Shown: positions 40,201 to 55,200 of the stretch, one piece after another
Layout of the letters: the number at the start of each line of letters is the position of its first letter
Numbering within the stretch: the stretch's first letter is position 1
Assembly: GCF_009914755.1 (NCBI RefSeq)
Contig: NC_060939.1
Strand: one strand, 5' to 3'
Source of the DNA: the human T2T-CHM13v2.0 reference genome, Homo sapiens
DNA: 64,000 bases
Program-made: the position numbers and the translations under genes
The notes under the pieces: generated by a model
Told to the model about the DNA's origin: nothing
Seen by the model: only the letters and a program-made list of their open reading frames with translations
The model's database searches: none

Positions 40201-43200
40201 ATGCTTCTGTGTAGTTTTTATGTGAAGATATTTGTTTTTCCACAGTAGGCCCCAAAGAGCTCCAAATATTCACTTGCAGATTCTACAAAAAGAGTGTTCC
40301 AAAACTGCTCAATCATGAAATAGGATCAACCCTGTGAGATGAATGTACGTATGACAGAGAAGTTTCTCAGAATGCTTCTGTGTAGTTTTTATGCGAAGAT
40401 ATTCGACTTTCCACAGTACGCCTCAAAGTTCTCCAATTATCCACTCGTAGATCCTGCAAAAAGAGAGATTCAAAACTGCTCAATCAAAAGATAGTTTCTA
40501 CTCCATTAGCTGAAAGACCACATCACAAAAAAAGTTTCTCAGGATGCTTCTGTGTAGTTTTTATGTGAAGATATTTGGTTTTCCACAGTAGGCCTCAAAG
40601 CGCTCCAAATATCCACTCACAGATTCTGCAAAAAGAGAGATTCAAAACTGCTGAATCAAAAGACAGTTTCAACTCTGTGACTTCAGTGCACACCTCACAA
40701 GGATGTTTCTCAGAATGCTTCTGTGTAGTTTTTATATAAAGATATCTCCTTCTCCAAAATGGATCTCAAAGTTCTCCAAATATTCACTTCCAGATTCTAT
40801 GGAAAGATTGTCTCAAAACTGCTCAATCAAACCAAAGGTTCAACTCTGTGAGATGAATGCCCACATCACAAAGAAGTTTCTCAGAGTACTTCTGTGTAGT
40901 TTCTATTTGAGGATAGTTCCTTTTCCACCACAGACCAGAAAGGGCTCCAAATATCCATTGCAGATGGTACAAAAAGTGAGATTCAAAACTGCTCAATCCA
41001 AAGGTAGTTTCAACCATGTGATATGAATGCACACAGCACAGAGAATTTTCTCAAAATGCGTCTGCCTAGTTTTTATTTGAAGATATTTCCTTTTCTACCA
41101 TAGGCCACAAACGTCTCCAAATATCCACATGCAGCTTCTACAAAAAGAGAGATTCAAAACTTCTCAATCAAAAGATAGGTTCAACTCTGTGAGTTGAAAG
41201 CACACCTCACAGAGAAGTTTCTCAGAGTGCTTCTGTGTGTTTTTATGTGAAGATATTTCCTTTTCCACAATAGGCCTCAAAGCTCTCCAAATATCTGCGA
41301 GCAGAGTCTACAAAATGAGAGATTCAAAACTGCTCAATGAAAAGATAGGTTCAACTCTGTGAGTTGAATGCACACCTCCAAAGAAGTTTCTCAGAATGCT
41401 TCCGTGTAGTTTTTATGTGAAGATATTTACTTTTCCACAGTTGTCCCAAAGCTCTAAAATGTCCACTTGCAGACCCTCCAAAAGAGTGTTTCAGAATTGC
41501 TCAATCAAAGGGAAGGTTCAATTCTGTGTGACCAATGCACTCATCACAAAGAAGTTTGTCTGAATGCTTCTGTGTAGAATTGATTTGAAGATAATTCCTT
41601 TTCCACCACAGTCCGCAAAGGGCTAAAAATATCCACTTGCCGATTCCACAAAAAGAGAGATTCAAAACTGCTCAATCACAAGATAGGTTCAACTTGGTAA
41701 TTGGAAAGCACACATGACAAACAATTTCTGAGAATGTTTCTGTGTAGTTTTTAAGGGAAGATATTTGATTTTCAAATGTAGGCCTCAAATCGCTCCAAAT
41801 ATCCACTTGCATATTGTACAAAAAGAGAGATTCAAAACTGGTCACTCAAAAGTTAGGTCCAGCTCTGTGAGCTGAATGCACACATCACAAAGATGTTTCT
41901 CAGAAGGTTTCTGTATAGTTTCTATATGAAGATATTGGCTTTTCCACAATATGCCTCAAATCTCCCCAATTATCCACTTGCAGATTCTAGAAAAAGAGTG
42001 TTTCAAAACAGCTCAATCAAAATAAACTTTCAACTCTGTGAGATCAATGCACACATCACAAAGAAGTTTCTCAGAATGCTTCTGTGTAGTTTTTTTTGTG
42101 AAGATATTTGATTTTCCACAGCAGGCTTCCAAGCACTCCAAATATCCACTCGCAGATTCTGCAAAAAGAGAGATTCAAATCTGCTGAATCAAAAGATAGG
42201 TTTAACTCTGTGACTTCAATGCACACCTCACAAGGGTGTTTCTCAGAAAGCTTCTGTGTAGTTTTTATATGAAGATATCTCCTTCTCCAAAGCAGGTCTC
42301 AAAGCCCTCCAAATATTCACTTCAAGATTCTACGGAAAGATTGTCTCAACACTGCTAAATCTAAACAAATGTTCAACTCTGTGTGATGAATGCACTCATC
42401 ACAGAGAAGTTTCTCTGAATGCCTCTGTGTAGTTTTTATTTGAAGATATTTGCTTTTCCAGTATAGGGCGAAATAGGGCTCCAAATATTCACTTGCAGAT
42501 TCTACAAAAGGAGAGATTCCAAACTGCTCAATCAAAACATAGGTTCAACACTGTGAGTTGAATGCACACATCACAAAGAAGTTTCACAGAGTGCTTCTGG
42601 GTAGTTTTTATTTGAGGATATTTCCCTTTCCACAATAGGCCTCAAAGCTTTCCAAATATCCACTTGCAGATTCTGCAAAAACAAAGATACAAAACTGCTC
42701 TATCAAAAGATAGATTCGACTCTGTGAGTTGAATGCCAACATCGCAAAGAAGTTTCTCAGAATGCTTCTCTGCAGCTTTTTTGTGAGTATGTTTCGTTTT
42801 CCACCATAGGGCGAAATGGGGCTCCAAATATCCACTTGCATTTCCTACAAAAAGAGAGATTCTAAGCTGCTCAATCAAAACATTGTTTCAACACGGTTAG
42901 TTGAATGCACACATCCCAAAGATGTTTTTCAGAGTGCTTCTGTGTGGTTTTTATGTGAAGATACTTCCTTTTCCACAATAGGCCTCAAATCTCTGTAAAT
43001 ATCCACCTGCAGACTCTACAAAGAGTGTTTCCAAACTGCTCAATCATAAGATAGGTTCAACTCCGATAGTTGAATGCACACATCACAAAGAAGTTTCTCG
43101 GAAAGCTTCTGTGTAGTTTTTGATGAAGATATCTTCTTCTCTAAAACAGAACTCCAAGCCCTCCAAATATTCACTTCAAGATTCTACGGAAAGATTGTCT

Positions 43201-46200
43201 CAAACTGCTAAATCAAAACAAAGGTTCAACTCTGTGTGATGAATGCATTCATCACAAAGAAGTTTCTCTGAGTGCTTCTGTGCAGTTTTTATTTGAAGAT
43301 AATTGCTTTTCCAGTATAGGGCGAAATAGGGCTCCAAATATTCACTTGCAGATTCTACAGAAAGAGAGATTCCAAACTGCTCAATCAAAACATAGGTTCA
43401 ACACTGTGAGTTGAATGCATACATCGCAAAGAAGTTTCACAGAGTACTTCTGGGTGGTTTTTATTTGAAGATATTTCCCTTTCCACAATAGGCCTCAAAG
43501 CTTTCCAAATGTCCACTTGCAGATTCCACCAAAAGAGTGTTTCGAAACTGCTCAATCAAAAGAAAGGTTCTACTCTGTGGGATGAATGCACACATCACAA
43601 AGTAGTTTCTCAGAATGCTTCTGTGTAGTTTTTATGTGAAGATATTTGTTTTTCCACAGTAGGCCCCAAAGAGCTCCAAATATTCACTTGCAGATTCTAC
43701 AAAAAGAGTGTTCCAAAACTGCTCAATCATGAAATAGGATCAACCCTGTGAGATGAATGTACGTATGACAGAGAAGTTTCTCAGAATGCTTCTGTGTAGT
43801 TTTTATGCGAAGATATTCGACTTTCCACAGTACGCCTCAAAGTTCTCCAATTATCCACTCGTAGATCCTGCAAAAAGAGAGATTCAAAACTGCTCAATCA
43901 AAAGATAGTTTCTACTCCATTAGCTGAAAGACCACATCACAAAAAAAGTTTCTCAGGATGCTTCTGTGTAGTTTTTATGTGAAGATATTTGGTTTTCCAC
44001 AGTAGGCCTCAAAGCGCTCCAAATATCCACTCACAGATTCTGCAAAAAGAGAGATTCAAAACTGCTGAATCAAAAGACAGTTTCAACTCTGTGACTTCAG
44101 TGCACACCTCACAAGGATGTTTCTCAGAATGCTTCTGTGTAGTTTTTATATAAAGATATCTCCTTCTCCAAAATGGATCTCAAAGTTCTCCAAATATTCA
44201 CTTCCAGATTCTATGGAAAGATTGTCTCAAAACTGCTCAATCAAACCAAAGGTTCAACTCTGTGAGATGAATGCCCACATCACAAAGAAGTTTCTCAGAG
44301 TACTTCTGTGTAGTTTCTATTTGAGGATAGTTCCTTTTCCACCACAGACCAGAAAGGGCTCCAAATATCCATTGCAGATGGTACAAAAAGTGAGATTCAA
44401 AACTGCTCAATCCAAAGGTAGTTTCAACCATGTGATATGAATGCACACAGCACAGAGAATTTTCTCAAAATGCGTCTGCCTAGTTTTTATTTGAAGATAT
44501 TTCCTTTTCTACCATAGGCCACAAACGTCTCCAAATATCCACATGCAGCTTCTACAAAAAGAGAGATTCAAAACTTCTCAATCAAAAGATAGGTTCAACT
44601 CTGTGAGTTGAAAGCACACCTCACAGAGAAGTTTCTCAGAGTGCTTCTGTGTGTTTTTATGTGAAGATATTTCCTTTTCCACAATAGGCCTCAAAGCTCT
44701 CCAAATATCTGCGAGCAGAGTCTACAAAATGAGAGATTCAAAACTGCTCAATGAAAAGATAGGTTCAACTCTGTGAGTTGAATGCACACCTCCAAAGAAG
44801 TTTCTCAGAATGCTTCCGTGTAGTTTTTATGTGAAGATATTTACTTTTCCACAGTTGTCCCAAAGCTCTAAAATGTCCACTTGCAGACCCTCCAAAAGAG
44901 TGTTTCAGAATTGCTCAATCAAAGGGAAGGTTCAATTCTGTGTGACCAATGCACTCATCACAAAGAAGTTTGTCTGAATGCTTCTGTGTAGAATTGATTT
45001 GAAGATAATTCCTTTTCCACCACAGTCCGCAAAGGGCTAAAAATATCCACTTGCCGATTCCACAAAAAGAGAGATTCAAAACTGCTCAATCACAAGATAG
45101 GTTCAACTTGGTAATTGGAAAGCACACATGACAAACAATTTCTGAGAATGTTTCTGTGTAGTTTTTAAGGGAAGATATTTGATTTTCAAATGTAGGCCTC
45201 AAATCGCTCCAAATATCCACTTGCATATTGTACAAAAAGAGAGATTCAAAACTGGTCACTCAAAAGTTAGGTCCAGCTCTGTGAGCTGAATGCACACATC
45301 ACAAAGATGTTTCTCAGAAGGTTTCTGTATAGTTTCTATATGAAGATATTGGCTTTTCCACAATATGCCTCAAATCTCCCCAATTATCCACTTGCAGATT
45401 CTAGAAAAAGAGTGTTTCAAAACAGCTCAATCAAAATAAACTTTCAACTCTGTGAGATCAATGCACACATCACAAAGAAGTTTCTCAGAATGCTTCTGTG
45501 TAGTTTTTTTTGTGAAGATATTTGATTTTCCACAGCAGGCTTCCAAGCACTCCAAATATCCACTCGCAGATTCTGCAAAAAGAGAGATTCAAATCTGCTG
45601 AATCAAAAGATAGGTTTAACTCTGTGACTTCAATGCACACCTCACAAGGGTGTTTCTCAGAAAGCTTCTGTGTAGTTTTTATATGAAGATATCTCCTTCT
45701 CCAAAGCAGGTCTCAAAGCCCTCCAAATATTCACTTCAAGATTCTACGGAAAGATTGTCTCAACACTGCTAAATCTAAACAAATGTTCAACTCTGTGTGA
45801 TGAATGCACTCATCACAGAGAAGTTTCTCTGAATGCCTCTGTGTAGTTTTTATTTGAAGATATTTGCTTTTCCAGTATAGGGCGAAATAGGGCTCCAAAT
45901 ATTCACTTGCAGATTCTACAAAAGGAGAGATTCCAAACTGCTCAATCAAAACATAGGTTCAACACTGTGAGTTGAATGCACACATCACAAAGAAGTTTCA
46001 CAGAGTGCTTCTGGGTAGTTTTTATTTGAGGATATTTCCCTTTCCACAATAGGCCTCAAAGCTTTCCAAATATCCACTTGCAGATTCTGCAAAAACAAAG
46101 ATACAAAACTGCTCTATCAAAAGATAGATTCGACTCTGTGAGTTGAATGCCAACATCGCAAAGAAGTTTCTCAGAATGCTTCTCTGCAGCTTTTTTGTGA

Positions 46201-49200
46201 GTATGTTTCGTTTTCCACCATAGGGCGAAATGGGGCTCCAAATATCCACTTGCATTTCCTACAAAAAGAGAGATTCTAAGCTGCTCAATCAAAACATTGT
46301 TTCAACACGGTTAGTTGAATGCACACATCCCAAAGATGTTTTTCAGAGTGCTTCTGTGTGGTTTTTATGTGAAGATACTTCCTTTTCCACAATAGGCCTC
46401 AAATCTCTGTAAATATCCACCTGCAGACTCTACAAAGAGTGTTTCCAAACTGCTCAATCATAAGATAGGTTCAACTCCGATAGTTGAATGCACACATCAC
46501 AAAGAAGTTTCTCGGAAAGCTTCTGTGTAGTTTTTGATGAAGATATCTTCTTCTCTAAAACAGAACTCCAAGCCCTCCAAATATTCACTTCAAGATTCTA
46601 CGGAAAGATTGTCTCAAACTGCTAAATCAAAACAAAGGTTCAACTCTGTGTGATGAATGCATTCATCACAAAGAAGTTTCTCTGAGTGCTTCTGTGCAGT
46701 TTTTATTTGAAGATAATTGCTTTTCCAGTATAGGGCGAAATAGGGCTCCAAATATTCACTTGCAGATTCTACAGAAAGAGAGATTCCAAACTGCTCAATC
46801 AAAACATAGGTTCAACACTGTGAGTTGAATGCATACATCGCAAAGAAGTTTCACAGAGTACTTCTGGGTGGTTTTTATTTGAAGATATTTCCCTTTCCAC
46901 AATAGGCCTCAAAGCTTTCCAAATGTCCACTTGCAGATTCCACCAAAAGAGTGTTTCGAAACTGCTCAATCAAAAGAAAGGTTCTACTCTGTGGGATGAA
47001 TGCACACATCACAAAGTAGTTTCTCAGAATGCTTCTGTGTAGTTTTTATGTGAAGATATTTGTTTTTCCACAGTAGGCCCCAAAGAGCTCCAAATATTCA
47101 CTTGCAGATTCTACAAAAAGAGTGTTCCAAAACTGCTCAATCATGAAATAGGATCAACCCTGTGAGATGAATGTACGTATGACAGAGAAGTTTCTCAGAA
47201 TGCTTCTGTGTAGTTTTTATGCGAAGATATTCGACTTTCCACAGTACGCCTCAAAGTTCTCCAATTATCCACTCGTAGATCCTGCAAAAAGAGAGATTCA
47301 AAACTGCTCAATCAAAAGATAGTTTCTACTCCATTAGCTGAAAGACCACATCACAAAAAAAGTTTCTCAGGATGCTTCTGTGTAGTTTTTATGTGAAGAT
47401 ATTTGGTTTTCCACAGTAGGCCTCAAAGCGCTCCAAATATCCACTCACAGATTCTGCAAAAAGAGAGATTCAAAACTGCTGAATCAAAAGACAGTTTCAA
47501 CTCTGTGACTTCAGTGCACACCTCACAAGGATGTTTCTCAGAATGCTTCTGTGTAGTTTTTATATAAAGATATCTCCTTCTCCAAAATGGATCTCAAAGT
47601 TCTCCAAATATTCACTTCCAGATTCTATGGAAAGATTGTCTCAAAACTGCTCAATCAAACCAAAGGTTCAACTCTGTGAGATGAATGCCCACATCACAAA
47701 GAAGTTTCTCAGAGTACTTCTGTGTAGTTTCTATTTGAGGATAGTTCCTTTTCCACCACAGACCAGAAAGGGCTCCAAATATCCATTGCAGATGGTACAA
47801 AAAGTGAGATTCAAAACTGCTCAATCCAAAGGTAGTTTCAACCATGTGATATGAATGCACACAGCACAGAGAATTTTCTCAAAATGCGTCTGTCTAGTTT
47901 TTATTTGAAGATATTTCCTTTTCTACCATAGGCCACAAACGTCTCCAAATATCCACATGCAGCTTCTACAAAAAGAGAGATTCAAAACTTCTCAATCAAA
48001 AGATAGGTTCAACTCTGTGAGTTGAAAGCACACCTCACAGAGAAGTTTCTCAGAGTGCTTCTGTGTGTTTTTATGTGAAGATATTTCCTTTTCCACAATA
48101 GGCCTCAAAGCTCTCCAAATATCTGCGAGCAGAGTCTACAAAATGAGAGATTCAAAACTGCTCAATGAAAAGATAGGTTCAACTCTGTGAGTTGAATGCA
48201 CACCTCCAAAGAAGTTTCTCAGAATGCTTCCGTGTAGTTTTTATGTGAAGATATTTACTTTTCCACAGTTGTCCCAAAGCTCTAAAATGTCCACTTGCAG
48301 ACCCTCCAAAAGAGTGTTTCAGAATTGCTCAATCAAAGGGAAGGTTCAATTCTGTGTGACCAATGCACTCATCACAAAGAAGTTTGTCTGAATGCTTCTG
48401 TGTAGAATTGATTTGAAGATAATTCCTTTTCCACCACAGTCCGCAAAGGGCTAAAAATATCCACTTGCCGATTCCACAAAAAGAGAGATTCAAAACTGCT
48501 CAATCACAAGATAGGTTCAACTTGGTAATTGGAAAGCACACATGACAAACAATTTCTGAGAATGATTCTGTGTAGTTTTTAAGGGAAGATATTTGATTTT
48601 CAAATGTAGGCCTCAAATCGCTCCAAATATCCACTTGCATATTGTACAAAAAGAGAGATTCAAAACTGGTCACTCAAAAGTTAGGTCCAGCTCTGTGAGC
48701 TGAATGCACACATCACAAAGATGTTTCTCAGAAGGTTTCTGTATAGTTTCTATATGAAGATATTGGCTTTTCCACAATATGCCTCAAATCTCCCCAATTA
48801 TCCACTTGCAGATTCTAGAAAAAGAGTGTTTCAAAACAGCTCAATCAAAATAAACTTTCAACTCTGTGAGATCAATGCACACATCACAAAGAAGTTTCTC
48901 AGAATGCTTCTGTGTAGTTTTTTTTGTGAAGATATTTGATTTTCCACAGCAGGCTTCCAAGCACTCCAAATATCCACTCGCAGATTCTGCAAAAAGAGAG
49001 ATTCAAATCTGCTGAATCAAAAGATAGGTTTAACTCTGTGACTTCAATGCACACCTCACAAGGGTGTTTCTCAGAAAGCTTCTGTGTAGTTTTTATATGA
49101 AGATATCTCCTTCTCCAAAGCAGGTCTCAAAGCCCTCCAAATATTCACTTCAAGATTCTACGGAAAGATTGTCTCAACACTGCTAAATCTAAACAAATGT

Positions 49201-52200
49201 TCAACTCTGTGTGATGAATGCACTCATCACAGAGAAGTTTCTCTGAATGCCTCTGTGTAGTTTTTATTTGAAGATATTTGCTTTTCCAGTATAGGGCGAA
49301 ATAGGGCTCCAAATATTCACTTGCAGATTCTACAAAAGGAGAGATTCCAAACTGCTCAATCAAAACATAGGTTCAACACTGTGAGTTGAATGCACACATC
49401 ACAAAGAAGTTTCACAGAGTGCTTCTGGGTAGTTTTTATTTGAGGATATTTCCCTTTCCACAATAGGCCTCAAAGCTTTCCAAATATCCACTTGCAGATT
49501 CTGCAAAAACAGAGATACAAAACTGCTCTATCAAAAGATAGATTCGACTCTGTGAGTTGAATGCCAACATCGCAAAGAAGTTTCTCAGAATGCTTCTCTG
49601 CAGCTTTTTTGTGAGTATGTTTCGTTTTCCACCATAGGGCGAAATGGGGCTCCAAATATCCACTTGCATTTCCTACAAAAAGAGAGATTCTAAGCTGCTC
49701 AATCAAAACATTGTTTCAACACGGTTAGTTGAATGCACACATCCCAAAGATGTTTTTCAGAGTGCTTCTGTGTGGTTTTTATGTGAAGATACTTCCTTTT
49801 CCACAATAGGCCTCAAATCTCTGTAAATATCCACCTGCAGACTCTACAAAGAGTGTTTCCAAACTGCTCAATCATAAGATAGGTTCAACTCCGATAGTTG
49901 AATGCACACATCACAAAGAAGTTTCTCGGAAAGCTTCTGTGTAGTTTTTGATGAAGATATCTTCTTCTCTAAAACAGAACTCCAAGCCCTCCAAATATTC
50001 ACTTCAAGATTCTACGGAAAGATTGTCTCAAACTGCTAAATCAAAACAAAGGTTCAACTCTGTGTGATGAATGCATTCATCACAAAGAAGTTTCTCTGAG
50101 TGCTTCTGTGCAGTTTTTATTTGAAGATAATTGCTTTTCCAGTATAGGGCGAAATAGGGCTCCAAATATTCACTTGCAGATTCTACAGAAAGAGAGATTC
50201 CAAACTGCTCAATCAAAACATAGGTTCAACACTGTGAGTTGAATGCATACATCGCAAAGAAGTTTCACAGAGTACTTCTGGGTGGTTTTTATTTGAAGAT
50301 ATTTCCCTTTCCACAATAGGCCTCAAAGCTTTCCAAATGTCCACTTGCAGATTCCACCAAAAGAGTGTTTCGAAACTGCTCAATCAAAAGAAAGGTTCTA
50401 CTCTGTGGGATGAATGCACACATCACAAAGTAGTTTCTCAGAATGCTTCTGTGTAGTTTTTATGTGAAGATATTTGTTTTTCCACAGTAGGCCCCAAAGA
50501 GCTCCAAATATTCACTTGCAGATTCTACAAAAAGAGTGTTCCAAAACTGCTCAATCATGAAATAGGATCAACCCTGTGAGATGAATGTACGTATGACAGA
50601 GAAGTTTCTCAGAATGCTTCTGTGTAGTTTTTATGCGAAGATATTCGACTTTCCACAGTACGCCTCAAAGTTCTCCAATTATCCACTCGTAGATCCTGCA
50701 AAAAGAGAGATTCAAAACTGCTCAATCAAAAGATAGTTTCTACTCCATTAGCTGAAAGACCACATCACAAAAAAAGTTTCTCAGGATGCTTCTGTGTAGT
50801 TTTTATGTGAAGATATTTGGTTTTCCACAGTAGGCCTCAAAGCGCTCCAAATATCCACTCACAGATTCTGCAAAAAGAGAGATTCAAAACTGCTGAATCA
50901 AAAGACAGTTTCAACTCTGTGACTTCAGTGCACACCTCACAAGGATGTTTCTCAGAATGCTTCTGTGTAGTTTTTATATAAAGATATCTCCTTCTCCAAA
51001 ATGGATCTCAAAGTTCTCCAAATATTCACTTCCAGATTCTATGGAAAGATTGTCTCAAAACTGCTCAATCAAACCAAAGGTTCAACTCTGTGAGATGAAT
51101 GCCCACATCACAAAGAAGTTTCTCAGAGTACTTCTGTGTAGTTTCTATTTGAGGATAGTTCCTTTTCCACCACAGACCAGAAAGGGCTCCAAATATCCAT
51201 TGCAGATGGTACAAAAAGTGAGATTCAAAACTGCTCAATCCAAAGGTAGTTTCAACCATGTGATATGAATGCACACAGCACAGAGAATTTTCTCAAAATG
51301 CGTCTGTCTAGTTTTTATTTGAAGATATTTCCTTTTCTACCATAGGCCACAAACGTCTCCAAATATCCACATGCAGCTTCTACAAAAAGAGAGATTCAAA
51401 ACTTCTCAATCAAAAGATAGGTTCAACTCTGTGAGTTGAAAGCACACCTCACAGAGAAGTTTCTCAGAGTGCTTCTGTGTGTTTTTATGTGAAGATATTT
51501 CCTTTTCCACAATAGGCCTCAAAGCTCTCCAAATATCTGCGAGCAGAGTCTACAAAATGAGAGATTCAAAACTGCTCAATGAAAAGATAGGTTCAACTCT
51601 GTGAGTTGAATGCACACCTCCAAAGAAGTTTCTCAGAATGCTTCCGTGTAGTTTTTATGTGAAGATATTTACTTTTCCACAGTTGTCCCAAAGCTCTAAA
51701 ATGTCCACTTGCAGACCCTCCAAAAGAGTGTTTCAGAATTGCTCAATCAAAGGGAAGGTTCAATTCTGTGTGACCAATGCACTCATCACAAAGAAGTTTG
51801 TCTGAATGCTTCTGTGTAGAATTGATTTGAAGATAATTCCTTTTCCACCACAGTCCGCAAAGGGCTAAAAATATCCACTTGCCGATTCCACAAAAAGAGA
51901 GATTCAAAACTGCTCAATCACAAGATAGGTTCAACTTGGTAATTGGAAAGCACACATGACAAACAGTTTCTGAGAATGATTCTGTGTAGTTTTTAAGGGA
52001 AGATATTTGATTTTCAAATGTAGGCCTCAAATCGCTCCAAATATCCACTTGCATATTGTACAAAAAGAGAGATTCAAAACTGGTCACTCAAAAGTTAGGT
52101 CCAGCTCTGTGAGCTGAATGCACACATCACAAAGATGTTTCTCAGAAGGTTTCTGTATAGTTTCTATATGAAGATATTGGCTTTTCCACAATATGCCTCA

Positions 52201-55200
52201 AATCTCCCCAATTATCCACTTGCAGATTCTAGAAAAAGAGTGTTTCAAAACAGCTCAATCAAAATAAACTTTCAACTCTGTGAGATCAATGCACACATCA
52301 CAAAGAAGTTTCTCAGAATGCTTCTGTGTAGTTTTTTTTGTGAAGATATTTGATTTTCCACAGCAGGCTTCCAAGCACTCCAAATATCCACTCGCAGATT
52401 CTGCAAAAAGAGAGATTCAAATCTGCTGAATCAAAAGATAGGTTTAACTCTGTGACTTCAATGCACACCTCACAAGGGTGTTTCTCAGAAAGCTTCTGTG
52501 TAGTTTTTATATGAAGATATCTCCTTCTCCAAAGCAGGTCTCAAAGCCCTCCAAATATTCACTTCAAGATTCTACGGAAAGATTGTCTCAACACTGCTAA
52601 ATCTAAACAAATGTTCAACTCTGTGTGATGAATGCACTCATCACAGAGAAGTTTCTCTGAATGCCTCTGTGTAGTTTTTATTTGAAGATATTTGCTTTTC
52701 CAGTATAGGGCGAAATAGGGCTCCAAATATTCACTTGCAGATTCTACAAAAGGAGAGATTCCAAACTGCTCAATCAAAACATAGGTTCAACACTGTGAGT
52801 TGAATGCACACATCACAAAGAAGTTTCACAGAGTGCTTCTGGGTAGTTTTTATTTGAGGATATTTCCCTTTCCACAATAGGCCTCAAAGCTTTCCAAATA
52901 TCCACTTGCAGATTCTGCAAAAAGAGAGATACAAAACTGCTCTATCAAAAGATAGATTCGACTCTGTGAGTTGAATGCCAACATCGCAAAGAAGTTTCTC
53001 AGAATGCTTCTCTGCAGCTTTCTTGTGAGTATGTTTCGTTTTCCACCATAGGGCGAAATGGGGCTCCAAATATCCACTTGCATTTCCTACAAAAAGAGAG
53101 ATTCTAAGCTGCTCAATCAAAACATTGTTTCAACACGGTTAGTTGAATGCACACATCCCAAAGATGTTTTTCAGAGTGCTTCTGTGTGGTTTTTATGTGA
53201 AGATACTTCCTTTTCCACAATAGGCCTCAAATCTCTGTAAATATCCACTTGCAGACTCTACAAAGAGTGTTTCCAAACTCCTCAATCATAAGATAGGTTC
53301 AACTCCGATAGTTGAATGCACACATCACAAAGAAGTTTCTCGGAAAGCTTCTGTGTAGTTTTTGATGAAGATATCTTCTTCTCTAAAACAGAACTCCAAG
53401 CCCTCCAAATATTCACTTCAAGATTCTACGGAAAGATTGTCTCAAACTGCTAAATCAAAACAAAGGTTCAACTCTGTGTGATGAATGCATTCATCACAAA
53501 GAAGTTTCTCTGAGTGCTTCTGTGCAGTTTTTATTTGAAGATAATTGCTTTTCCAGTATAGGGCGAAATAGGGCTCCAAATATTCACTTGCAGATTCTAC
53601 AGAAAGAGAGATTCCAAACTGCTCAATCAAAACATAGGTTCAACACTGTGAGTTGAATGCATACATCGCAAAGAAGTTTCACAGAGTACTTCTGGGTGGT
53701 TTTTATTTGAAGATATTTCCCTTTCCACAATAGGCCTCAAAGCTTTCCAAATGTCCACTTGCAGATTCCACCAAAAGAGTGTTTCGAAACTGCTCAATCA
53801 AAAGAAAGGTTCTACTCTGTGGGATGAATGCACACATCACAAAGTAGTTTCTCAGAATGCTTCTGTGTAGTTTTTATGTGAAGATATTTGTTTTTCCACA
53901 GTAGGCCCCAAAGAGCTCCAAATATTCACTTGCAGATTCTACAAAAAGAGTGTTCCAAAACTGCTCAATCATGAAATAGGATCAACCCTGTGAGATGAAT
54001 GTACGTATGACAGAGAAGTTTCTCAGAATGCTTCTGTGTAGTTTTTATGCGAAGATATTCGACTTTCCACAGTACGCCTCAAAGTTCTCCAATTATCCAC
54101 TCGTAGATCCTGCAAAAAGAGAGATTCAAAACTGCTCAATCAAAAGATAGTTTCTACTCCATTAGCTGAAAGACCACATCACAAAAAAAGTTTCTCAGGA
54201 TGCTTCTGTGTAGTTTTTATGTGAAGATATTTGGTTTTCCACAGTAGGCCTCAAAGCGCTCCAAATATCCACTCACAGATTCTGCAAAAAGAGAGATTCA
54301 AAACTGCTGAATCAAAAGACAGTTTCAACTCTGTGACTTCAGTGCACACCTCACAAGGATGTTTCTCAGAATGCTTCTGTGTAGTTTTTATATAAAGATA
54401 TCTCCTTCTCCAAAATGGATCTCAAAGTTCTCCAAATATTCACTTCCAGATTCTATGGAAAGATTGTCTCAAAACTGCTCAATCAAACCAAAGGTTCAAC
54501 TCTGTGAGATGAATGCCCACATCACAAAGAAGTTTCTCAGAGTACTTCTGTGTAGTTTCTATTTGAGGATAGTTCCTTTTCCACCACAGACCAGAAAGGG
54601 CTCCAAATATCCATTGCAGATGGTACAAAAAGTGAGATTCAAAACTGCTCAATCCAAAGGTAGTTTCAACCATGTGATATGAATGCACACAGCACAGAGA
54701 ATTTTCTCAAAATGCGTCTGTCTAGTTTTTATTTGAAGATATTTCCTTTTCTACCATAGGCCACAAACCTCTCCAAATATCCACATGCAGCTTCTACAAA
54801 AAGAGAGATTCAAAACTTCTCAATCAAAAGATAGGTTCAACTCTGTGAGTTGAAAGCACACCTCACAGAGAAGTTTCTCAGAGTGCTTCTGTGTGTTTTT
54901 ATGTGAAGATATTTCCTTTTCCACAATAGGCCTCAAAGCTCTCCAAATATCTGCGAGCAGAGTCTACAAAATGAGAGATTCAAAACTGCTCAATGAAAAG
55001 ATAGGTTCAACTCTGTGAGTTGAATGCACACCTCCAAAGAAGTTTCTCAGAATGCTTCCGTGTAGTTTTTATGTGAAGATATTTACTTTTCCACAGTTGT
55101 CCCAAAGCTCTAAAATGTCCACTTGCAGACCCTCCAAAAGAGTGTTTCAGAATTGCTCAATCAAAGGGAAGGTTCAATTCTGTGTGACCAATGCACTCAT

